Below are positions 1 to 8,028 of a DNA stretch of 32,000 bases, in pieces. How positions within the stretch are numbered: position 1 is the stretch's first letter; the number at the start of each line of letters is the position of its first letter. The stretch lies in the NCBI RefSeq assembly GCF_001457595.1, contig NZ_LN831039.1:810001-842000 (forward strand). Reading direction: 5' to 3'. The position numbers were made by a program, and so were the translations under genes. This DNA comes from Mycolicibacterium smegmatis. Its GTDB lineage: Bacteria > Actinomycetota > Actinomycetes > Mycobacteriales > Mycobacteriaceae. The notes under the pieces were generated by a model. The model saw only the letters and a program-made list of their open reading frames with translations. It had not been told where the DNA came from and made no database searches.

Positions 1-10
1 CCTTACCGAA

Positions 11-49
11 AGAAGCGGCCCCCTCCTGAATCAGGAGGGGGCCGCTTCT
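11..49. terminator. Perfect 18-bp stem, 3-nt loop hairpin downstream of the Fe-S reductase gene
   Basis: agaagcggccccctcctg (11-28) is the exact reverse complement of caggagggggccgcttct (32-49), loop aat. It lies 22 nt beyond the stop codon (71-73) of the minus-strand CDS. No long U-tract on either strand, so it is an I-shaped, possibly bidirectional terminator. Confidence 0.6.
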
Positions 50-70
50 CAACTACTCGACCACCGGCGG

Positions 71-3000
71 TCAGCGCTTACCGGGCCGCTTGGCGCCCGG
101 CTTGATGCCGAGGCCCACCACGGGTGGTTCCGGCTTCGCGGGCTCAGCCGGCTTCTCGGCGGGCTTCTCGGGCTCCGCGGCCTGCTCGGCCGGCTTTTCG
201 GCGGCGGGCGCCGGCGCAGCGGCAGGCTTGGCGGCCGCCTTCTTGGCACCCGGACGGCGAGCGCCCGCGGCGATGCCGAGGCCCACGACGGGCGGTTCGG
301 GCTTGGCCGGCTCGGCCGGAGCCGCGGTTTCTGCCGGCGCCGGTGCCTCGGTCTCTGCGGCTGCGGGCTTTTCGGCCGGTGCGGCTGCGGTCTTCTTGGC
401 GCCGGGACGCTTGGCGCCTGCCGCGAGACCCAGCCCCTTCACGGGCGCCGCCGGGGCTGCCGGGGTCGCCGACGCTTCCGGAGCCTCTGTGGCTGCGGGC
501 TTTTCGGCCGGAGCAGCTGCCGCGGTCTTCTTGGCGCCGGGTCGCTTGGCGCCACCCGCGAGACCGAGCCCCTTGACCGGCGGAGCGTCCGAAGCCGGAG
601 CAGCGGGTGCCTCGGCGGCCGGTGCGGCGGCCTTCTTCGCGCCGGGACGCTTGGCCCCGCCGGCCAGGCCCAGACCCTTGGCCGGGGCGGGCGCGGCGGC
701 CGGTGCCGCAGACGCTTCCGCGGCAGGTGCGGCTTTCTTGGCGCCCGGACGCTTCGCGGCACCCGCCATGCCCAGGCCGGTGACCGGCTTGGCCTCGGCC
801 CCACCGGCTGCCGGGGCGGCCGGGGCCTCTGCTTCGGGTGCGGCTTCCTCGACCGGGGGAGCGGCCGCTTCCGCCTTCGCTTCGGCCTCTGCCCGGGCAG
901 CGGCGCGCTTCTCCGATTCCTTTGCCGCCGTGCCCTTTTCGGGCAGCGTGACCTTGCTGGTGTCCAGCGAGTTCAGCAGCAGCTGGGCGACGTCGAGCAC
1001 CTCGGCCTTCTCGACGTTGCGGCTGGCCGCCACGTCGTCGACACCGTCGGTGATCATCACGCGGCAGAACGGGCAGCCGGTCGCGATGGTCGAGGCCGTG
1101 TCCATGGCCTCTTCGGTGCGTTCGACGTTGACGCGCTTGCCGATGTGCTCTTCCATCCACATACGCGCACCGCCGGCGCCACAGCACAGGCCGCGGTCAG
1201 CGTGGCGCGGCATTTCCTTCAGCGTCACACCGGAGGCCTCGACCAGCTCACGCGGGGCCTCGTAAACCTTGTTGTGGCGGCCCAGGAAGCACGGGTCGTG
1301 GTAGGTGACGGGCTGGCCGTTCTGCTCGCTGACCGACTTGACCGGAACCAGCTTCTTGTCGCGGACCAGCCGGTTGAGCAGCTGCGTGTGGTGCACGACG
1401 CTGTAGTTGGCACCCAGCTGCGGGTACTCACGGCCGATCGTGTTGAAGCAGTGCGGGCACGTCACCACGATCTTGCGGTCGACCGTCTCGACGCCTTCGA
1501 ACAGTTCGTTGATGGTCTCGACGTTCTGCGCGGCCAGCTGCTGGAACAGGAACTCGTTGCCCGAGCGGCGCGCCGAGTCGCCCGTGCAGGTCTCGCCGGT
1601 GCCCAGCACCAGGAACTTCACGCCCGCGGTGGCGAGCAGTTCGGCGACGGCCTTTGTGGTCTTCTTGGCGCGGTCCTCGTAGGCGCCGGCGCAGCCGACC
1701 CAGAAGAGGTACTCGAACCCGTCGAACGAGTCGACGTCCTCGCCGTAGACCGGCACGTCGAAGTCGACCTCGTCGATCCAGTTGGTGCGGTCCTTGGCGT
1801 TCTGGCCCCAGGGGTTGCCCTTGGTCTCCAGGTTCTTGAACAGCACGCCCAGCTCACCGGGGAACTCCGACTCGACCATGACCTGGTACCGGCGCATGTC
1901 GACGATGTGGTCGATGTGCTCGATGTCCACGGGGCACTGCTCGACGCACGCACCGCAGTTGGTGCAGGACCACAGCACGTCGGGATCGATCACGCCGCCC
2001 TGTTCCTCGGTGCCGACCAGCGGGCGCAGGGCCTGCTCGGGGCCGCTGCCGAGGATCCGCTCGAAGCCGGACTCGGGGACGTGGTCGTGCGCGTGCTTCT
2101 GCTCGTGCTTCTCGCCGCGGGCCTTCTCACCCAGGCCGCCCTCGGGCGTGCTCTCCAGCGGCGACGGCTTCTCGCCCAGGATGTAGGGAGCCTTGGCGAA
2201 CATGTGGTCGCGCAGGTTCATGATCACGAGCTTGGGCGACAGCGGTTTGCCGGTGTTCCACGCCGGGCACTGCGACTGGCAGCGGCCACACTCGGTACAG
2301 GTCGTGAAGTCCAGGTAACCCTTCCAGGTGAAGTCCTCGATCTTGCCTTTACCGAACACCGCGTCCTCGGCGGGATCCTCGAAGTCGATGTACTCGCCGT
2401 TGGACTCCATCGGCAGCAGCGGGCCGAGGCCGTTGGGCAGGCGCTTGAACGTGACGTTGATGGGCGCAAGGCCGATGTGCAGGTGCTTGGAGTGCAGCAC
2501 GATCAGCAGGAACACCAGCATGACGCCGATGTGGCCCATCAGGGCGACGGTCTCGATCCACATGTTGGCGGTCGCGCCGAGCGGGCGCAGGATCCACGCC
2601 ATGAAGTCGGAGAAGAAGGCGCCGCTCTGGTACGGGAAACGCTCGCCGAGGGTGTTGACCGCGGCACCGCGGAACAGCGCGTAGGTCGCGATGACCAGGA
2701 AGATCATGAACAGGATCTCCCACGCGCCGCCGGTGTGCGAACCGTAGAAGCGCGAGTCGCGCCCGATCTTCTTGGGCTCACGGACGACGCGGATGATCGC
2801 GAAGACGATGATGCCCAGCAGCACGGCGACGGCGAAGAAGTCCTGCAGAAAGCCCAGGACCGGCCAGCGGCCGATGAACGGGATGTGGAACTCGGGATCG
2901 AACAGCACGCCGTAGGCCTCGAGGTACACCGAGGCGAGGACGAAGAAGCCCCACATCGTGAAGAAGTGCGCGATGCCCGGAACCGACCAGCGCAGCAGGC

Positions 3001-3199
3001 GCGTTTGCCCGAAGACCTCGGTGATCTGCGTGGTGATGCGCTTTTGCAGATCGTTCTTGCGGCCGTTCTCGTCGAGCGTCTTCTGGCCCGAGCGAATCAG
3101 CTTCGTCAGCCAGAGCACTCGCTTGGCGGCGAACACCAAGACGATGGCCGTCATGAGCAGCCCGATGATGAGCCTGCTCACTTCGAGGGTGTGTGCCAC
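71..3199 (-). CDS. Membrane-bound iron-sulfur-binding reductase (Rv0338c-like): HdrE/DsrM-like polytopic N-domain fused to an HdrD/DsrK-like 2x[4Fe-4S] + 2x CCG domain, with a basic Ala/Pro/Lys repeat tail
   Basis: 1042-aa ORF with a GTG start at 3199 preceded by GGGAGG 6 nt upstream. N-terminus has 5-6 hydrophobic helices with conserved His. Two ferredoxin motifs CTECGRCQSQCP and CTNCGACVEQCP. Cys-rich CCG-type motifs (CPHCFNT, LCCGAGG, GCPFCRVM). Position next to the IniR-like gene matches Rv0338c. Confidence 0.9.
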   Translation of the reverse strand: MAHTLEVSRLIIGLLMTAIVLVFAAKRVLWLTKLIRSGQKTLDENGRKNDLQKRITTQITEVFGQTRLLRWSVPGIAHFFTMWGFFVLASVYLEAYGVLFDPEFHIPFIGRWPVLGFLQDFFAVAVLLGIIVFAIIRVVREPKKIGRDSRFYGSHTGGAWEILFMIFLVIATYALFRGAAVNTLGERFPYQSGAFFSDFMAWILRPLGATANMWIETVALMGHIGVMLVFLLIVLHSKHLHIGLAPINVTFKRLPNGLGPLLPMESNGEYIDFEDPAEDAVFGKGKIEDFTWKGYLDFTTCTECGRCQSQCPAWNTGKPLSPKLVIMNLRDHMFAKAPYILGEKPSPLESTPEGGLGEKARGEKHEQKHAHDHVPESGFERILGSGPEQALRPLVGTEEQGGVIDPDVLWSCTNCGACVEQCPVDIEHIDHIVDMRRYQVMVESEFPGELGVLFKNLETKGNPWGQNAKDRTNWIDEVDFDVPVYGEDVDSFDGFEYLFWVGCAGAYEDRAKKTTKAVAELLATAGVKFLVLGTGETCTGDSARRSGNEFLFQQLAAQNVETINELFEGVETVDRKIVVTCPHCFNTIGREYPQLGANYSVVHHTQLLNRLVRDKKLVPVKSVSEQNGQPVTYHDPCFLGRHNKVYEAPRELVEASGVTLKEMPRHADRGLCCGAGGARMWMEEHIGKRVNVERTEEAMDTASTIATGCPFCRVMITDGVDDVAASRNVEKAEVLDVAQLLLNSLDTSKVTLPEKGTAAKESEKRAAARAEAEAKAEAAAPPVEEAAPEAEAPAAPAAGGAEAKPVTGLGMAGAAKRPGAKKAAPAAEASAAPAAAPAPAKGLGLAGGAKRPGAKKAAAPAAEAPAAPASDAPPVKGLGLAGGAKRPGAKKTAAAAPAEKPAATEAPEASATPAAPAAPVKGLGLAAGAKRPGAKKTAAAPAEKPAAAETEAPAPAETAAPAEPAKPEPPVVGLGIAAGARRPGAKKAAAKPAAAPAPAAEKPAEQAAEPEKPAEKPAEPAKPEPPVVGLGIKPGAKRPGKR
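74..787 (-). repeat. In-frame degenerate coding repeat: six copies of GLG(L/M/I)A(G/A)GA(K/R)RPGAKK separated by Ala/Pro/Glu spacers of 15-40 residues
   Basis: Read from the C-terminal 238 aa of the 1042-aa ORF: PVTGLGMAGAAKRPGAKK, KGLGLAGGAKRPGAKK (x2), KGLGLAAGAKRPGAKK, VGLGIAAGARRPGAKK, VGLGIKPGAKRPGKR. Confidence 0.85.
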
Positions 3200-3220
3200 T
3201 GCGCGCCTCCCGATATGTTC

Positions 3221-3261
3221 GTTACCCGTCGGTAACTTAAGCCATGTTACCCGTGGGTAAC
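3221..3261 (-). promoter_or_regulatory. Two copies of the palindrome GTTACC-N4-GGTAAC (candidate dimeric-repressor operators) in the leader/promoter of the Fe-S reductase gene
   Basis: gttacccgtcggtaac at 3221-3236 and gttacccgtgggtaac at 3246-3261. Each has perfect 6-bp inverted arms and both are followed by tt. Centre-to-centre spacing is 25 bp. The proximal copy ends 21 nt upstream of the GTG start (3199). Confidence 0.5.
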
Positions 3262-3451
3262 TTGGGCTAGATGCCTGCTCATAGTTGCACCCCGTGCCGA
3301 ATTCCCGCTACGAAGGCTCGCCTAACTCGAATCGGAGAAGTGCCACCGGGCCCGAGCGCATCGCGGTGGCGCTGTCGTGACGATTCGGCGCCGAATTGAC
3401 ACCCGTTCCTTTTCACACGCAATTTGCGCGATGTCGTCGGACGCCTGAAAC

Positions 3452-3476
3452 AGCGACGAATGTGATTTTCGTCGCT
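3452..3476 (-). terminator. Possible intrinsic terminator hairpin downstream of the IniR-like gene
   Basis: agcgacgaa (3452-3460) pairs with ttcgtcgct (3468-3476), 7-nt loop. On the minus strand it is followed only by GTTT. It lies 22 nt past the stop codon at 3498-3500. Confidence 0.35.
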
Positions 3477-3497
3477 CTGCGGAAACGCGGCGAAAAG

Positions 3498-6008
3498 TCA
3501 GCCTTGCGGGGAGAACATGGCCCGGAGCATCGACAGCATCTCGGACCGCGATTCCGCGCCCAACCGGCGGCGGATGCGGGCCACGTGGTGCTCCACGGTC
3601 TTTGCCGAGATGAACAGCTGGTTGCCGATGTCGCGGTACGGCATGCCGAGCAGCAACAACTCGGCCACCTCCCGCTCGCGGTCGGACAGGCGCGCGGACC
3701 CGGCCGGGGCACCGGCCTGCGTCGCCACCGGCGCCCGCGGCGTCTCCGGCGCCGACACGTCGTCGGCGGCCCCGGACTGTTTGAGATCGCGCGCCAACTG
3801 CAGCATCGCCTGCGACACCCGCGCATCTGAGGTCTGCAACGCGGCCTGACTCGCCAGGCGCGTGGCATCCCAGGTCAGCCCGAACTGCGCCAACCCGCGT
3901 GCGGCCGCCGCCACCTCGTCGACATCGACGTGATTGGCCAGCACCCGCAGCCAGGTCCGGCCCGCCCCGGCCAGCGCGCGGGCGAACGGGCTGTGGCCGG
4001 CCGCAGCGGTGAGCGCCTGTCCGTGCGGCGCCACCGCGCCCGGCGAGTTGGCGAGGATCCCCGCGTGCACGCCGGCCCAGTGCAACGGCATCGACCACAA
4101 CACGGGCTTGCCCAGCGCATCGAGCAGCCCGAACGCCTCGGCCAACGGGTGTTCGAGGCGGTCGATCCGGCGCATCCGGGCCGCGGCGACCCACAACTCG
4201 CCGAGCGGGAGCAGTGAATAGAGGTCGATCGAGTACTCGGCGAGCACCTCCATCGCGGCGAACCAGTGCCGCTGGATCGCGCCGCTGTCTCCGCTGCGCC
4301 GGGCGATCGCGGTGCGCAGCGCCGCGGCCCACAGCGCGTCGCGGCGGTGCAACGGCGGGCCCGACTCGACCGCGGACACGTCGGCGCCCGCGGCGGTCAG
4401 CTGACCGTCGAGCATCTTGACCCAGCCGAGCAGCAGCCGGTGGCGCGCAGCCCAGAAGGGTGCGGGCGGCGGTGTCCCGTTCTCGGCGCCGGGCGCCCCG
4501 GTCCGCACCGCGCGCCCGATCACGCTGCGCGCACGGACCGAGTCACCGCCGTGCAGCGCCGCCAGGGCCACCAGCGCCGCCGGGGTGTCAGGGCCGACAC
4601 TGTCGGTGTGCGGGTCGGCGGTGACGGCCTGCCCGAGCCGCGCGACCGTCGTCGTGAACGGTTGGTCCAGTGAGGCCACCAGGCCTTCGGCCAGGCTGCG
4701 GGCCGCGCGTGCGGCCGAGGTCGGCGGGCCGGACAGCTCGGTGTTCAGGGCGGCCCGCGCGGCTTCGGCGTCGCCCGCGGCGAGCAGCGCCACCGTGCCT
4801 GCCGAGCCGACCGCGGCATCCGGGTAGGGGCCGAGCCAGCGGAACAGGTCGGCGGCCTGAGCGGCGCTGCCGTCGTGCATCGCGATGCTCGCGGCGATGC
4901 GCACCGCGGCCGCGCGTTCGGCGGGGTCGTCGGAGCTGAGCAGGTCGTCGGCCATGCGGCCCGCCGTCGCGCAGTCACCCGACAACGCCAGCGCGTCGGC
5001 CAGTCGCGCGTTGAGCGCAGCCGAACCCGCACGTGCCGCGGCGCGGTACAACCGGGCCGCGCGCGCCGGCTGGCCCCGCACCTGAACCGCGTGATCGGTG
5101 AGTGCCGCGGCGAGCCGATCGTCGCGCACGCCGTGCTCGGCCAGCCGCACCGCGAGTTCCGGTGACAGCGTGGCCTTTTCGAGCTGCGAGTGCAGCAGTG
5201 CGATCTCGATGTCGTGGTGGCGTGACGTGCCTGCGATCTGCGCGACGCTGGTGTGCACCAGGCGCAGGAACCTCTTGTCGTAGGCCGGTTCGACCAGTCC
5301 GCCGGCCCTGGCGCGGTCCACGAGCACCGAGGCGTCGGTGCCGCTGACGCGCAGCGCGCCCGCGACGTCGTCGGGTCCGAGATCCAGGCTCAACGACGTG
5401 AGCAACAAGGTGTCGCGGGTCTGTTCGCCGAGATGGCGCACCCGTTCGATCAGGGCGTAGCGGGCGGCCTCCTCGGGTTCGGCGGCCGATGTGGCGACCG
5501 CCCGCACCAGAAACGGCAGGCCCGCGGTGACCGCGAGCACCGCGCGCACCGTGTCCGGCGGCGGCGGAGAACCCAGGGTGGCCGTCAGGAGGCGGCCGAC
5601 CTCGGCCGTCGACATCGGCCCCAGCGCCACGATCGGGTTCTCCCGCTCCAGCGCGGTCGCCAGGGCCCGCAGCACCGGCCGGTGTGCGAGCGGTTCGGCG
5701 GCGACCACCACGGTCGACGACGGATCGGTGGATCGCTCTGTCAGACAGTCGATCTCATCGTCGGCGAGATGATGCGCGTCGTCGATGACGAACACGGCGC
5801 CCTGATCGTCGTCGGGTCGCGGCGGCCGGGTGAGCACGGTGCGGCCCGCCTCGCGCAGCGTCGCCCGCACCGCCGCGAGCACGGTGCTCTTGCCCGTCCC
5901 GATCCCACCGGACACCAGCAGCTTCGCGGGTCGCGACGGTACCCCGGCGAGCATTTCCTGGACAGCCCGCGGCAGGTCGACCGCGTGTTCCGGTGCCGGG
6001 TTGGCCAT
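3498..6008 (-). CDS. iniR: Large ATP-binding LuxR-family (LAL/STAND-type) transcriptional regulator, Rv0339c/IniR-like
   Basis: 836 aa. N-terminal P-loop GGIGTGKST and Walker B-like VFVIDDAHH, a long Ala/Leu-rich helical-repeat middle, and a C-terminal LuxR HTH (LSDREREVAELLLLGMPYRDIGNQLFISAKTVEHHVARIRRRLG). Its position beside iniBAC matches Rv0339c. Confidence 0.85.
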   Translation of the reverse strand: MANPAPEHAVDLPRAVQEMLAGVPSRPAKLLVSGGIGTGKSTVLAAVRATLREAGRTVLTRPPRPDDDQGAVFVIDDAHHLADDEIDCLTERSTDPSSTVVVAAEPLAHRPVLRALATALERENPIVALGPMSTAEVGRLLTATLGSPPPPDTVRAVLAVTAGLPFLVRAVATSAAEPEEAARYALIERVRHLGEQTRDTLLLTSLSLDLGPDDVAGALRVSGTDASVLVDRARAGGLVEPAYDKRFLRLVHTSVAQIAGTSRHHDIEIALLHSQLEKATLSPELAVRLAEHGVRDDRLAAALTDHAVQVRGQPARAARLYRAAARAGSAALNARLADALALSGDCATAGRMADDLLSSDDPAERAAAVRIAASIAMHDGSAAQAADLFRWLGPYPDAAVGSAGTVALLAAGDAEAARAALNTELSGPPTSAARAARSLAEGLVASLDQPFTTTVARLGQAVTADPHTDSVGPDTPAALVALAALHGGDSVRARSVIGRAVRTGAPGAENGTPPPAPFWAARHRLLLGWVKMLDGQLTAAGADVSAVESGPPLHRRDALWAAALRTAIARRSGDSGAIQRHWFAAMEVLAEYSIDLYSLLPLGELWVAAARMRRIDRLEHPLAEAFGLLDALGKPVLWSMPLHWAGVHAGILANSPGAVAPHGQALTAAAGHSPFARALAGAGRTWLRVLANHVDVDEVAAAARGLAQFGLTWDATRLASQAALQTSDARVSQAMLQLARDLKQSGAADDVSAPETPRAPVATQAGAPAGSARLSDREREVAELLLLGMPYRDIGNQLFISAKTVEHHVARIRRRLGAESRSEMLSMLRAMFSPQG

Positions 6009-6022
6009 GACGGTCCGCCGCG

Positions 6023-7810
6023 TCAGGCGCCGCCGTCGTCGGGAACGTCAGGATCGTCCGGGACGTCGGGGATCTCGACCGTGGTGGTGGTGATCGGTGC
6101 CTGCGTGGTGGTCGGCGGCGCCGTGGTGGTCGGCGCTGTGGTCGTCGGCTGCGTGGTGGTGGTCCGCGTCGTCGTCGGTGTGGTCGTGGTGGTGGTCGTC
6201 GTGGTCGTGGTGGTCGTCGTCGTGGTGGTGGTCGTCGGACTGGTGGTCGACGTGGGCTCGGTCGTCGTGGTGGTGACCGGAGGCGGCACCACCACGGTCG
6301 TGGTCTGTTGCCCGTCGGGGCCGACCGTCACAGTGGTGACGGGCTCGGGCGGTGGACCTTCCGGTGACGGGCCCATGGAATAGGTGGTGCTGGTCTCGGT
6401 GACCGGCGTCGAGTCGCCGGACGTGCTGGTGAGCGTGACGGCAAGACCGCCCGCGGCCAGGAGCGCGGCCACCGCGGCCGCGCCGAACAGGATCGGCGGC
6501 CGCTTGTACCAGGGCAGCGGCGCGGGCCCGGCGTCGTACATCTCCTCTTCGTGGCTGAACTCCACGGGAGGCCGGGCCGCCGTCGCGCCCGCCTGCGTCT
6601 CGTAGTCGGGGCCGGCGTAGGGCACCGGCTCGCCCGCAGGCGCGTCGTCTTCCGACCAGGCCAACGCGCGGAACGTCGACGATTCCGGGCCGTCGGTTCC
6701 CGCGGCGCCTGCCGCCCCCAGCGCGGCCGTGGGGCCCAACCCGGTCGGCGCATCCGCGGCGGCCACCCCCGGTGCCAGGCCGGTGGGTGCCCCGGCGTCG
6801 ACGGCGCGGTCGGCGAGCAGTGCCGCGCCGGCCGCCGCGACAAGCTGTGGCTGCGGCGAGGTCACCACGGGTGCCCGCAGTCGCTCGGAAAGCCGTTGCG
6901 TCACATAAGGAATCGCCGCACCGCCGCCGACGGTCGCCACGGCCGTCACGCTGGACAGGGCGATGTTGTTGCGCTGCAGGGTGTCTTCGACCGCGTTGAG
7001 GAACCCGTCGAGCGGTGCGGAGATCAACTGTTCCAACTCGGGGCGGGTGACGCGGACCTCCGAGGTGTAGCCGGGCAGGTCGGCCGAGATCGTCGCAACG
7101 GTGTCAGCCGACAACGCCTCCTTGGCATTGCGGCAGTCGCTGCGCAGGTGGGCCAGCGAGCCCACCGCGGCGGTACCCGCCGGATCGGCGTCGTTCGCCG
7201 CGGCGATACCGGTGAGGACATGGTTGAGCAGCGCCTGGTCGATCTGGTCACCCGAGAACTCGGGGTAACGCACCGTCTGGCCGAGCGTCGCGTAATCCGC
7301 GGCGGCGTCGGCGAGTGTCACGCTGGTGCCGCTGCCACCGAAATCGCAGAGCACCACGACACCGTCGGCGGGAAGACCGGGGTCGGCCTTCAGGGCGGCC
7401 AACGCGGCCATCGAATCGGGAACCAGCGCGGCGGGGATGCCGTCGGGTGCGAATGCGGGCTTGTTGCGCAGCGCGCCGCGCAGCGCGCCCAACGCGGCGG
7501 GACCCCAGTAGGCGGGGGTCGCGATCGCGACGGGAGCGCCTCCGCCGACCTCGCGGGCCATCGCGTCGAGCGCCTCGGCGAGCGCCAATTCGCCACGGTG
7601 CTGCGAACCGTCGGCCGCCACGATCGGCACCGGATCGCCGGTACGCTCGACGAAGCCGGTGAGCGCCAGGCCGTCACCGCCGAGTTCGCCGACCTCCGGG
7701 GCGCGGTCGCGGTACAGATTGAGGATCGATCGGCGGACCACCGGTGCGCGGCCCTCACGGGCTGCCACCAGATTGGTTATTCCGATCGACAACCCCAGTG
7801 AGTCGGTCAT
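6023..7810 (-). CDS. Membrane-anchored Hsp70-NBD-like (actin-fold ATPase) protein with extracytoplasmic Thr/Pro-rich tail; paralogue 1
   Basis: 595 aa with AGGAG 9 nt upstream of the ATG. Hsp70-like motifs LGLSIGITNLVAA, VVLCDFGGSGTSVTLAD and VGGGAAIPYVTQRL align to the DnaK encoded in this window. There is no substrate-binding domain. An Ala/Pro linker is followed by PWYKR, a TM helix (PPILFGAAAVAALLAAGGLAVTL) and a Thr-rich tail. The stop lies 14 nt from the iniR start. Confidence 0.85.
   Translation of the reverse strand: MTDSLGLSIGITNLVAAREGRAPVVRRSILNLYRDRAPEVGELGGDGLALTGFVERTGDPVPIVAADGSQHRGELALAEALDAMAREVGGGAPVAIATPAYWGPAALGALRGALRNKPAFAPDGIPAALVPDSMAALAALKADPGLPADGVVVLCDFGGSGTSVTLADAAADYATLGQTVRYPEFSGDQIDQALLNHVLTGIAAANDADPAGTAAVGSLAHLRSDCRNAKEALSADTVATISADLPGYTSEVRVTRPELEQLISAPLDGFLNAVEDTLQRNNIALSSVTAVATVGGGAAIPYVTQRLSERLRAPVVTSPQPQLVAAAGAALLADRAVDAGAPTGLAPGVAAADAPTGLGPTAALGAAGAAGTDGPESSTFRALAWSEDDAPAGEPVPYAGPDYETQAGATAARPPVEFSHEEEMYDAGPAPLPWYKRPPILFGAAAVAALLAAGGLAVTLTSTSGDSTPVTETSTTYSMGPSPEGPPPEPVTTVTVGPDGQQTTTVVVPPPVTTTTTEPTSTTSPTTTTTTTTTTTTTTTTTTTPTTTRTTTTQPTTTAPTTTAPPTTTQAPITTTTVEIPDVPDDPDVPDDGGA
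6080..6300 (-). repeat. Thr-codon (ACC/ACG/ACA) low-complexity tract including 19 consecutive Thr codons
   Basis: Plus strand reads as (GGT/CGT)n at about 6179-6238. The protein reads TTTTTEPTSTTSP-T19-PTTTRTTTTQPTTTAPTTTAPPTTTQAPITTTT. Confidence 0.9.
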
Positions 7811-7878
7811 CAGGCGTCACTCCTGTGTTGTCTGGGCCGTCCTCACCTTAGCGGCTCGGACCTGCGCCGCCCGTGATT

Positions 7879-7925
7879 GATCCCCTAGTGGCGTCGATCC
7901 CCTAACGGCGCGTCCCCTAACGCGC
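7879..7925 (+). promoter_or_regulatory. Three direct copies of TCCCCTA[AG] in the divergent promoter region between the Hsp70-like/iniR operon and the first IniB-N gene
   Basis: GATCCCCTAG (7879-7888), GATCCCCTAA (7896-7905), CGTCCCCTAA (7911-7920). Each is followed by (T/C)GGCG or CGCGCC. Spacing is 17 and 15 bp. Confidence 0.45.
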
Positions 7926-8028
7926 CGCCGCCGGAGGTGGGTTCGGCACCGATTCCCGCCGCGGGGTTGCTGGATAGCATCGTCAGCGACAGCAGCCACC
8001 AGTGATCGACCAGCGAATGAGAGGTGTC

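Noticed and set aside
90-1265. Several overlapping Ala/Gly/Arg/Pro-rich ORFs (49-249, 90-1265, 124-576, 144-1187, 439-804) over the repeat-tail region
   Set aside because: They are alternative frames of the Ala/Pro/Lys coding repeat. Only the frame continuous with the Fe-S reductase is supported.
1145-3235. 696-aa ORF on the + strand, antisense to the Fe-S reductase gene
   Set aside because: It is rich in Arg, Ala, Leu, Gly and Asp/Glu, has no recognisable motifs, and fully overlaps a CDS with clear ferredoxin/CCG motifs. Long antisense ORFs are expected in DNA of about 67% GC.
5253-6383. + strand ORF containing a poly-Val run (V19)
   Set aside because: The poly-Val run is the reverse-strand reading of the poly-Thr tract. 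The minus-strand gene has an RBS, Hsp70-like motifs and a TM helix.
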